Positions 1 to 8,247 of a stretch of 64,000 nucleotides of DNA are shown piece by piece (the stretch's first letter is position 1; every line of letters begins with the position of its first letter). The stretch is from Candidatus Binatia bacterium (lineage in GTDB: Bacteria; Desulfobacterota; Binatia; UBA9968), in the NCBI GenBank assembly GCA_050735675.1, contig JBOHVN010000244.1, positions 17,882 to 81,881 of the forward strand, read 5' to 3'. A model generated the notes under the pieces. The model was not told the DNA's origin. It ran no database searches and saw only the letters and a list, made by a program, of their open reading frames with translations. The position numbers and the translations under genes were made by a program.

Positions 1-22
1 TCTCTGCACGGGCTCCTAGATC

Positions 23-688
23 ATGTTGCGGGCTGATCTCCACCTTCACACTAGGTACTCCTACGACGCCTCCTCCTCTTTACGGGCCATCGTGGATAAG
101 TGCCAGAAATCAGGGATCACCTGCGTCGCCATCACCGACCACAACGAAATCGAGGGCGCTCTCGCTCTCCAGGCTCTTGCCCCCTTCAAAGTTATCGTCG
201 GAGAGGAGGTCCGGACGACTCAGGGCGACATCATCGGTTTCTACCTCCGCTCGCGGATCCCTCCCAAGCTTTCTCCCGCCGAGACCATCGCCGAAATCAG
301 GTCACAGGGTGGAATTGTCTACCTTCCCCATCCATTCGCCGATGACCGCAGTGAAAACTTTTCCAGGACCTACGTGGAAGAGATCCTGCCGCAAGTGGAT
401 GTCCTGGAGGTCTTCAACGGCAGAACTCTTAACCCGCGCGCCAACGCGTTGGCTCTGGCGGCCGCCCGTTCTGGAGGACTCGTCCAAGGAGCCGGAAGCG
501 ATGCTCATACGCCGTTTGAGATCGGCAGGACCTATGTCGAGATGGCCGAGTTTAACAGCGCGAGCGAGTTTCTGGAGAGCCTGCGCAAGGCGCGGCTGCA
601 CGCCGAGCGCACGCCGTATCTGCTCCGGGTTACTATGAATCGCTTCGCGCGCAAGGCGTTACGGAAGTTTAGCCCGGTTGAATCATGA
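23..688 (+). CDS. PHP-domain metal-dependent phosphoesterase
   Basis: 221-aa ORF. The N-terminal DLHLHTRYSYD and ITDHN His/Asp motifs, and the later LPHPF and GSDAHT motifs, are typical of the PHP fold. The stop overlaps the next ORF. Confidence 0.7.
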   Translation: MLRADLHLHTRYSYDASSSLRAIVDKCQKSGITCVAITDHNEIEGALALQALAPFKVIVGEEVRTTQGDIIGFYLRSRIPPKLSPAETIAEIRSQGGIVYLPHPFADDRSENFSRTYVEEILPQVDVLEVFNGRTLNPRANALALAAARSGGLVQGAGSDAHTPFEIGRTYVEMAEFNSASEFLESLRKARLHAERTPYLLRVTMNRFARKALRKFSPVES

Positions 689-1877
689 GCTCTTGAAAGT
701 AATGGCTCACGTTTTTGTTACCGACGCTCAACGGAGAAAATCGCTTGCGGTCGTCAGGTCCCTGGGCCGCCGCGGGATTCGTGTGACGGCGGGCGAGGAA
801 ACAAGAAACGCCGTTGCCTTTTACTCCCGCTACTGTGACCAGGCTGTCGTCTATCCATCCCCTACTCGCACGCCGGAGCTGTTCATCGAATGGCTCCTCG
901 AAGAAGTTCTTCGGCACCGCTATACAGCGGTTATCCCCACCAACGAACAGACCCTTACTCCGATCTCCCAACACCTCGAGGAGCTGTCGAAGCACACGGT
1001 CGTCCCGATCCCGGACTTTCAAACGTATATGAGGGCCCGCGACAAAGCCCAGACCATGCGAGTCGCCGCCGAACAGGGCATCCCGTGCCCGCGAACTTAC
1101 GCTGTAGACGGCCCCGATTCCCTCGACGCGCTGGAAAAGAATTTGGATTACCCCGTGGTTATTAAGCCGCGGGAGGGATCCGGGTCGAGCGGGGTTACCT
1201 ATGTCAAGCGAAGAGGAGAGTTCAAGGCGAGCTATCTCAGAATCGACCGGCAATATCCCAAGCCCCTCGTCCAGGAGTTTATTCCCCCGGGTGGCGCGGC
1301 GTGTGGGGTCTCTGCTCTCTTCGACCGGAACTCCGAGCCGCTGGCCGTTTTTGTTCATAAGCGTCTCCGGGAATATCCGGTGTCCGGGGGACCCAGCACG
1401 TTGCGCGAAAGCGTGTGCGATCCCGAGCTTGCCGCTTTGGGAGTCCGGATGCTGAAGGCCCTGAAGTGGTACGGCGTCGCCATGGTGGAGTTTAAAACCG
1501 ACCCCCGCGACCAACAGCCTAAACTCATGGAAGTCAATCCGAAATTTTGGGGATCTCTTGAGTTGGCGATCCATGCGGGAGTGGATTTCCCCTATCTGCT
1601 CTACAAACTCGCGGCCGAAGGCGCGGTCGAACCCGTGCGTGATTATCGCGTCGGCGTCCGGTGCCGCTGGCTTCCCGGTGATTTCCTACACTTTCTGTTC
1701 GCCCCCAATCGGCTCAAGCTGATTCCGGAGTTCTTTAACTTTTTTGACGAGAGAACCCATTACGACGTGTTCTCTTCCAAGGATGACATCAAGCCAATGT
1801 TCGGTCTGCTGCGCTTTTCCCTGACCCGGTCCTTCGATCCGAGTATGTGGAAATATATCCTTTACAGACAGCAGTAG
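678..1877 (+). CDS. ATP-grasp domain ligase (carboxylate-amine ligase type)
   Basis: 399-aa ORF with a pre-ATP-grasp N-terminus (VFVTDAQRRKSLAVVRSLGRRGIRV). It also has YPVVIKPREGSGSSGV and MVEFK...KLMEVNPKFWGS motifs. The start is ambiguous (TTG 678 or ATG 702). Confidence 0.7.
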   Translation: MNHELLKVMAHVFVTDAQRRKSLAVVRSLGRRGIRVTAGEETRNAVAFYSRYCDQAVVYPSPTRTPELFIEWLLEEVLRHRYTAVIPTNEQTLTPISQHLEELSKHTVVPIPDFQTYMRARDKAQTMRVAAEQGIPCPRTYAVDGPDSLDALEKNLDYPVVIKPREGSGSSGVTYVKRRGEFKASYLRIDRQYPKPLVQEFIPPGGAACGVSALFDRNSEPLAVFVHKRLREYPVSGGPSTLRESVCDPELAALGVRMLKALKWYGVAMVEFKTDPRDQQPKLMEVNPKFWGSLELAIHAGVDFPYLLYKLAAEGAVEPVRDYRVGVRCRWLPGDFLHFLFAPNRLKLIPEFFNFFDERTHYDVFSSKDDIKPMFGLLRFSLTRSFDPSMWKYILYRQQ

Positions 1878-1956
1878 GAGATGCGCGTGGAAGTAGTTTT
1901 GGCGCGAACAATCAAAGCATTGCCGAAGAAATTTACCACATCCAAGCGTGGCGTAT

Positions 1957-1987
1957 TTAACAGACATCTTCTCCCCCGATATATAAT
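1957..1987 (+). promoter_or_regulatory. Candidate sigma-70-type promoter (TTAACA-N17-TATATA/TATAAT)
   Basis: TTAACA at 1957..1962, a 17-nt spacer, then TATATA at 1980..1985 overlapping TATAAT at 1982..1987. It lies in the 250-nt gap upstream of the fused GT gene. Sequence match only. Confidence 0.2.
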
Positions 1988-2131
1988 AACATGCGTGACA
2001 TAGTAGGTTTCGGAAGTGATATCGCGGAGCTGTGGCTTCGATTCGTCAGCGCTTCGCCATTCCGCCTTCTTGAAGCGGAAAAGAACGTTATATGGAAGAG
2101 CGTTTGAAGCAGCGCGGATATCTGTAACCCA

Positions 2132-4489
2132 ATGCAACTTATATCTTCAGAACGTTCTCAGGGTCTTAGTTCAGCAGCCAGTACCGGCGGCGGTGATCGT
2201 GGAATCGTCATGCTGATGCGGAAATTCTATCCTCTCACCGGCGGGTACCAGAACCAGGCCTTGCGGCTTGCTAGAGAGCTAAGGAAGAACGGCTTCCAAG
2301 TCCATGTCGTCACCCAGCGCCATGGGACCCTCTCGCGTTACGAGCTCCATCAGGAGATACCAATCTACCGGGTTTTCGCGTTCCCGTCAGGCCACCTGGC
2401 TGCGTGGTCTTATCTGATTTCAGCATTTTTCTGGATGGTGCGGAACAGAGAGCGGTTTCAAATCATCCACGCCAACCGCTCATCTTCCGGCCTGGTGGCC
2501 GGTCTAATCGGGTTCGTGCTTCGGAAACCTGTTCTATACAAACTAACTCGCGGAGACGAGATCGATGTGAAGGGTTTCCGGACTACTTTTCTTGGCCGTT
2601 TCAAGGTGCAGTGCTTGAAACATACCGTTGATAAGTTCGTTGCGATAACCAAGAGGATTGAGGAGGATCTTCGACGCCTGGGTATTCCTTCAAAGAAGCT
2701 TGCCAGGATCCCCAATGGAATCGAACTTAATCATTTTTCACAATCGCATGACCGCGAGAGAGTCAAATCGGCCTTGGGTTGGGGATCGGAAACCAAAGTG
2801 GCGACTTTTGTCGGAAGGCTCATCCAGGTAAAAGGCGTAGACTGGCTGCTTCGAGTTTGGCGGGACGTGAGTCAGCAGGAACCGCTGGGGCGTCTCTTAA
2901 TCATCGGAGACGGGCCAGAGCGACCCGCTCTGGAAGATCAAGTTCGCTCTTTTGACTTAACAGACTCTGTAGCCTTGCTAGGGAGGCAAGAAGATGTCTT
3001 TAAATTTTTAGCCATAACTGATGTGTTTGTGCTTCCGTCAAGGCTTGAAGGTGTTTCAAATGCCCTTTTAGAAGCAATGTCTCAGGGGTTGCCGGTAATC
3101 GTGGCAGACGACGAGCTGGGTGGAAATCGGGAAGTGGTAGATAATCGAATTGACGGATACATTGTGAAGATCGGTGATGATAGGTCCTTTACCGAAATCC
3201 TGGTGAAACTTCTACGAGATGCAGAACTGCGAAACAACATGGGGCGAAAGGCAAAGGATAAAATAGAGCAGAGATTTTCCATGGACAGCGTCGTGGATGG
3301 GTATTGCCGTATCTACAATGAATTATCCGAGATCCAGGCGCGATCCATGGCCGGCCAAAAGCCATCTGTAGGAATATTTTTAGCCAGGCCGGATCGTAGC
3401 TTTCACATGGCGCGGAAACTCCGTGAAAAGGGCTTCAATATCATTCATTACAACACGGTTGGATATAAGGATGATTCTTATGTCAAGGTGCGGGGCGGGC
3501 CGATAGCGGCCCTAGCGCATCTTTTGCTGCGGACAAATAACGACATATACTTTACCTCTCTCGGATTCGTTCCTTCCACTTGGTTGTATCTAAACAAGCG
3601 CCTGCGCCGAAAACCGTATGTTTTCAATGCTACCGGGCTTAGGTGGGAGACTTTCTACGACAGGTCGTCTAGAAAACCGTTCTCAAGCTTTTTTTCCCAC
3701 CAGTTCTATCCTTTCCTGTTGCACTGTACTTTCGCCGGAGCGAGCAGAATCGTCTGTAACAGCCACTTCCTCGAACGCACGCTCAGCATCCACTATCCCA
3801 AATATAAAGAGCGATTGCTGACGATTTACAACGGTATTGAGTTTGACCGGTACGCATCGGGCCGGCGTCGACCTCTTCCGGGCGTGGATAAAGGTGACTT
3901 GATTCTTCTCTGCGTGACGGCGCTTAATTTCAAGAATAAATCGAAGGGTCTTCAAATCGTTATGGATGCCTTCGATCATGTGAGAGCTAAGAGAAAGGAC
4001 GCCAAATTGGTCATCTCCGCCAAGACCTCCAACCCTCTATATCAAAAGGAGGCGGAAAGTTATTTGGAGTCGAAGCCGTGGAGGGACTCCGTCACACTTA
4101 TGTATAACCATAGCGATATCCCGGACCTGTTGGCGAGCGGGGATATTTTTGTCTATGCCACTCCCAACAATTCCAACGACAGCCTTCCCAGAGCGCTATT
4201 GGAAGCCCAATCGGCGGGTCTGCCGGTCGTCACAACGGACACGAGCGGGTGCCCGGAGATCGTTCGTGACGGAAAAACCGGCTTTGTTGTTCCCTATGAA
4301 GCCAGCGCGATGGCAGAAAGAATCCTGCAACTCATGGACAGTCCGCAGTTACGGCTTGATATGGGTAGAGAGGCCCAAGAATGGATCCGGCAGCGATTTA
4401 ATTGGGATCAGATGGCTTCCGCCTATGCCAAGGTGTTCCTCGAGGTCGCCGCTGGCCAACAACGGAATTCGCTAAGGAAGAACATATGA
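2132..4489 (+). CDS. Fused double glycosyltransferase (two GT4/GT-B modules in one polypeptide)
   Basis: 785-aa ORF. Module 1 has FYPLTGGYQNQA and VLPSRLEGVSNALLEAMSQGLPVIVAD. Module 2 has YATPNNSNDSLPRALLEAQSAGLPVVTTDTSGCPEIV. The start is uncertain (ATG 2132 or ATG 2210). Confidence 0.8.
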   Translation: MQLISSERSQGLSSAASTGGGDRGIVMLMRKFYPLTGGYQNQALRLARELRKNGFQVHVVTQRHGTLSRYELHQEIPIYRVFAFPSGHLAAWSYLISAFFWMVRNRERFQIIHANRSSSGLVAGLIGFVLRKPVLYKLTRGDEIDVKGFRTTFLGRFKVQCLKHTVDKFVAITKRIEEDLRRLGIPSKKLARIPNGIELNHFSQSHDRERVKSALGWGSETKVATFVGRLIQVKGVDWLLRVWRDVSQQEPLGRLLIIGDGPERPALEDQVRSFDLTDSVALLGRQEDVFKFLAITDVFVLPSRLEGVSNALLEAMSQGLPVIVADDELGGNREVVDNRIDGYIVKIGDDRSFTEILVKLLRDAELRNNMGRKAKDKIEQRFSMDSVVDGYCRIYNELSEIQARSMAGQKPSVGIFLARPDRSFHMARKLREKGFNIIHYNTVGYKDDSYVKVRGGPIAALAHLLLRTNNDIYFTSLGFVPSTWLYLNKRLRRKPYVFNATGLRWETFYDRSSRKPFSSFFSHQFYPFLLHCTFAGASRIVCNSHFLERTLSIHYPKYKERLLTIYNGIEFDRYASGRRRPLPGVDKGDLILLCVTALNFKNKSKGLQIVMDAFDHVRAKRKDAKLVISAKTSNPLYQKEAESYLESKPWRDSVTLMYNHSDIPDLLASGDIFVYATPNNSNDSLPRALLEAQSAGLPVVTTDTSGCPEIVRDGKTGFVVPYEASAMAERILQLMDSPQLRLDMGREAQEWIRQRFNWDQMASAYAKVFLEVAAGQQRNSLRKNI

Positions 4490-5883
4490 CGCAGCGCCCG
4501 AACATCTTGCTTATTGTCATGGATGCCACACGTTTTGATTACCTGTCCGCCTACGGGTATCCGCGCGAAAATACTCCTAACCTCGACCGCTTGGCGGAAG
4601 ACGGGATCCTCTTCGAGAGGGCCTTTGCCACTGCACCCTGGACCCCGCCATCCCATGCGTCCCTGTTCACCGGCAACTACCCGTCACGGCATGGGGTCGA
4701 CGTGAACGAAAATCTCTATTTGAGCGAGGAGAATCGCACCCTGGCGGAGATTTTGTCCGAGAACGGATACCGGACTTTCGGGGTCCTGCCCGATGCCCAC
4801 CTGAGCAGTGCCCGGGGGTTCCATAAGGGGTTTCAAAAATACATCGAGCTGTGGCGGATCCCTTATCTCTATCCGGAATATGACTGGATGGACTGCTTGC
4901 TGCGCAACCTCCTGTTTGGACGAGACAAGCGGACATATTACACCAATCGAGTGATCCAGCGGTGGTTAAGAGCGAACTGGCGTGGCACCGACCCCTTTTT
5001 CATCTTCCTGAATTACAAAACGGCTCACAACTCGTACCAACCCCCCCGCGCGTTCAAGCGCAGGTTTCAGAGTAGATCGGGGCCAGGGATCGACATGCGA
5101 AAGGTGAAGTTCTATTCCCGCGAGGGGGGATACCCCTACATGGCGCGACGGTTCGAAATGACGGACGAGGAATTTTCCATCCTGAAATCATGGTATGTGG
5201 GCGCCATCGCGTACATGGACTTCAGGCTCGGGGAACTGATTCAGACTCTTAAAGAGGCCGGCGCGTATGAGAATACGCTGATCATCGTCACGGCCGATCA
5301 TGGGGAAAACTTTGGAGAGCACCATCTGGGCTATCACATGTTCTGCCTCTACGAGAGCCTCATTCACGTTCCACTAATCATGAGCTGGCCGGCAGGTCTT
5401 CCGCGCGGACGGCGTGTCCCTGGGTTGGTGTCCCTCACTGATGTGGTGCCGACTCTCGTAGAACTGTTGCAACTCGAAGAGGAAGGGAGCGATACCCAGG
5501 GGACCAGCCTGATTCCTTTTGATGGACGGGAATACCATGACCATGTCTTCGCTGAATTCGGGCGGCCCCACTACATGCTGAAGCGGCTGCAGTCCCGGTT
5601 CCCTGGCGACGATTTCTCGCGGTTCGACAAAGGGCTTCGCTGCATCCGAACGGAGCAGTTCAAGCTGATCGTAGGGTCAGACGGGACCGAGGAGTTTTAC
5701 GATTTAGCGACCGATCCCGGGGAGATCTGCAATCTGTCCGGCAAGCAGCCAAAGGTCGCCGTAGAGCTCCGGGATACCCTCGCCAACTGGGGCTGCTCCA
5801 TGGAAAACTTCACGGCTACAGGCAAAGAACCAGACGAAAACGAATCGGTAAGACGGTCGCTACAGAAACTCGGATACTTCTAA
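4486..5883 (+). CDS. Alkaline-phosphatase-superfamily (sulfatase-fold) enzyme without the formylglycine motif
   Basis: ATG 4486 overlaps the upstream stop (ATGA). It has the NILLIVMDATRFD metal-site N-terminus and the TADHGENFGEHH motif. The nucleophile segment reads WTPPSHASLFTGNYPSRHG (Thr/His in place of Cys/Arg). Confidence 0.75.
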   Translation: MTQRPNILLIVMDATRFDYLSAYGYPRENTPNLDRLAEDGILFERAFATAPWTPPSHASLFTGNYPSRHGVDVNENLYLSEENRTLAEILSENGYRTFGVLPDAHLSSARGFHKGFQKYIELWRIPYLYPEYDWMDCLLRNLLFGRDKRTYYTNRVIQRWLRANWRGTDPFFIFLNYKTAHNSYQPPRAFKRRFQSRSGPGIDMRKVKFYSREGGYPYMARRFEMTDEEFSILKSWYVGAIAYMDFRLGELIQTLKEAGAYENTLIIVTADHGENFGEHHLGYHMFCLYESLIHVPLIMSWPAGLPRGRRVPGLVSLTDVVPTLVELLQLEEEGSDTQGTSLIPFDGREYHDHVFAEFGRPHYMLKRLQSRFPGDDFSRFDKGLRCIRTEQFKLIVGSDGTEEFYDLATDPGEICNLSGKQPKVAVELRDTLANWGCSMENFTATGKEPDENESVRRSLQKLGYF

Positions 5884-5954
5884 CGGCGCGCCACAGCTAA
5901 CGGCTCGCCACTCGCCTGTCTTTAACCGCCTTTTTTCGACAGAAGGCTCATACC

Positions 5955-6977
5955 GTGGAATGGTTAGATCTTATCCAGTGCCTTATTTGTTCCGGGCCTA
6001 TTCACCCCGACGGCGACGGAGTGTTCCGCTGCAGTGGCTGCAGCACCACCTATCCTGCCGCGGGAAGGGTGCCCGACTTTATTGCTCGGGAAGGCGATAC
6101 CGCCACGGGGATCGAGCTCGATTATGACTATCATCTGCGCCGCCGTCACGGCTCCCTACGCGGTTTGTACAACCGGTTCTGCCGGTCGTTGGAACTTCAA
6201 CTAATCAAGCGAGAGGCCGATCGGCTCGGTAGGCCGCTTGATATGCTCGATGTGGGCTGTGGTAATCCGACCCGCTCCAATAGCACCTATCATGCACAGC
6301 TCTTCCCGCTCGCCAGATTGTACATTGGGATAGAGCCCTCGTTGCCGCTTGCTTCCCGCGTCCATCCTCTTCCGTCGGTCGGGCTCGTTCGGGCCAGTGG
6401 AGAGCTCCGCGTGTTAAGGGATCAAGTTGTGGACATGGCGCTGTCCTTCAGGGCGCTTGATCGGTGTGTGGATCCCGACCGTACTCTGGCTAACATGGCG
6501 GCCGCTCTACGCCCACAGGGTCATGTGTTGATCAGCCTCGTCAACAAGAATGTATGGTACAGAGCGGCCTCTAACGGAGTACACGCCATGCTCGCCCTGC
6601 GCTCGTCATCCAACGGAAGGCGCAGCGTAGAAATGTCGCCAGACGACTTGAGGCGGCGCCTTGAGTCTGTTGGTTTCCAGGATGTCGAAGTATACGACTT
6701 GCTCTATTTTTCAGGACTGGTTCAAAGCAAGGCCTTTGACTGGGTTTTGGCCTTGTTCGGAGAGCAGTGGTGTGCCGCTGCTCTCCGCCAGGCTGACCGT
6801 GTTGGTCGGCTCATCGCCCCCGAACGGGGTGGCATGTTTGTCGCCCTGGCGCGTAAACTCCAAAATAATGACGGTGAAACGAAGGGTAGCCGCAGCCACT
6901 CGATCGCACAGGATAAGAATTTTTTTTTAAAGGGAATTGTAGCGTCCAACCTGCAAAACAATTTACGCGCAGCTTAA
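5955..6977 (+). CDS. SAM-dependent methyltransferase with N-terminal Cys4 zinc-ribbon (Trm112-like)
   Basis: GTG start. It carries a CLIC...CSGC ribbon followed by LDVGCGN (SAM motif I). Confidence 0.65.
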   Translation: MEWLDLIQCLICSGPIHPDGDGVFRCSGCSTTYPAAGRVPDFIAREGDTATGIELDYDYHLRRRHGSLRGLYNRFCRSLELQLIKREADRLGRPLDMLDVGCGNPTRSNSTYHAQLFPLARLYIGIEPSLPLASRVHPLPSVGLVRASGELRVLRDQVVDMALSFRALDRCVDPDRTLANMAAALRPQGHVLISLVNKNVWYRAASNGVHAMLALRSSSNGRRSVEMSPDDLRRRLESVGFQDVEVYDLLYFSGLVQSKAFDWVLALFGEQWCAAALRQADRVGRLIAPERGGMFVALARKLQNNDGETKGSRSHSIAQDKNFFLKGIVASNLQNNLRAA

Positions 6978-7014
6978 GGTTTTGCAAGAAAAGGCGCATC
7001 GGGATGTGGCAGCC

Positions 7015-8247
7015 ATGAGCAGAGGGATATTAAATGGGGCGGCTAAGCTGACCGTCGCGGCCTACAGTCATTTCGGCGCAACAGGCCTGAAGGGGGTCGA
7101 GACTTACTATCTCGTTAAAGAGGCCTGGAAGCGGGGCTATCTGCAAAAGGTGATTGCCGTATCCAAAAAGCGTTGCCGTTACGAGTTTGACCTCGATCTT
7201 GTCGACACGCTTCCGGGAGAGTCGCGCCTTATTTCCGGATTGATGCAGATCAAGGAAAAGGCCTGGCAGGCGTTCCCATCGAGATGGTTTGGCGAGATGA
7301 TCTTCGACCGCTATGCGGCATCAAGACTGAAGCGACCAGGCGGCATCCTGATCCTGACCCCGGGGATGATCCACACAGCACGGAGAGCTAAAGCCCTGGG
7401 GTATACGGTCTTCCTGTACGGCGCTACTCCTGATCCCAGGTATCTTCTGGAGCAGATCCGGACCGAACGCGAGGCTTTCGGCTTAAAAGTCGGCGAGGAG
7501 GATAACGATCGCTCGCGGATGGTGGCACGATGGACGGCCAGCCTCGCATTAACAGACTACCTCCTTGCCGTCTCGGAATTTTCCAAGGAGACGTATATCA
7601 CCTACGGTTTCCCGCAGGAAAGGGTATCAGTGGCTCCCCTTGGGGTCTCGCTACAGCGCTTTCCGCGAACACGGCCTTCCGAAATGAAACATTTTACATG
7701 CCTTTTTGTTGGACATGTGAACGGAACCACTGGAATCGTGAAAGGACTACAATATTTATTGCCGGCGTGGGCTGAGCTTAAGCTGGAAAATGCCACGTTA
7801 GTGATTTGTGGAAAGATCGGCGCAGAAGCCGATGAGATAATCCGCAGATACAAGGGACTGCTAGGCAACGTTGAGTTCAAGGGGCCGGTTAGTGACCCTG
7901 GAGATTATTATCGGAAAGCGGCGGTGTTTGTCTTGCCATCGGTTGCGGAAGGGATGGCCAAGGTGACAATCGAGGCTATGGCGACCGGGCGCCCCGTCAT
8001 TGTCACCCCGAACTGCGGAGCCGTGGCGCGCGATCGTGTGGACGGTTTCTATGTCCCGCCGCGAGATGTGGAGGCCTTAAAGGAAAGAATGCTCTATTTC
8101 TACGAGCATCGCGAAGAGGTCGCGAGGATGGGCGCCAACGCCAGTGAATGGGCCCAGCGGTTCAGCTGGGAGAGATTTAGCCAGCAGATTGCTGATGTCA
8201 TCGTGCAGACGCCCGCTCAGCACCACGGCAAGGTTGAGAAACGATGA
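7015..8247 (+). CDS. Glycosyltransferase, GT4-like C-terminal domain with atypical N-terminal domain (paralog of 33446..34711)
   Basis: It has FVLPSVAEGMAKVTIEAMATGRPVIVTP (E-x7-E region). ATG 7015 was chosen by alignment to the paralog's N-terminus; the ORF is open from 6982. Confidence 0.75.
   Translation: MSRGILNGAAKLTVAAYSHFGATGLKGVETYYLVKEAWKRGYLQKVIAVSKKRCRYEFDLDLVDTLPGESRLISGLMQIKEKAWQAFPSRWFGEMIFDRYAASRLKRPGGILILTPGMIHTARRAKALGYTVFLYGATPDPRYLLEQIRTEREAFGLKVGEEDNDRSRMVARWTASLALTDYLLAVSEFSKETYITYGFPQERVSVAPLGVSLQRFPRTRPSEMKHFTCLFVGHVNGTTGIVKGLQYLLPAWAELKLENATLVICGKIGAEADEIIRRYKGLLGNVEFKGPVSDPGDYYRKAAVFVLPSVAEGMAKVTIEAMATGRPVIVTPNCGAVARDRVDGFYVPPRDVEALKERMLYFYEHREEVARMGANASEWAQRFSWERFSQQIADVIVQTPAQHHGKVEKR

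Noticed and set aside
669-1574. Long antisense ORFs opposite well-supported genes, for example 669..1574 (-), 10987..11550 (-) and 12529..13139 (-). Further examples are 18068..18745 (-), 24772..25866 (-), 53871..54659 (-), 59962..60738 (-) and 62867..63340 (-).
   Set aside because: They have Arg/Pro/Gly/Ser-rich low-information translations with no motifs, and they fully overlap ORFs with clear family signatures. These are typical shadow ORFs of GC-rich DNA.
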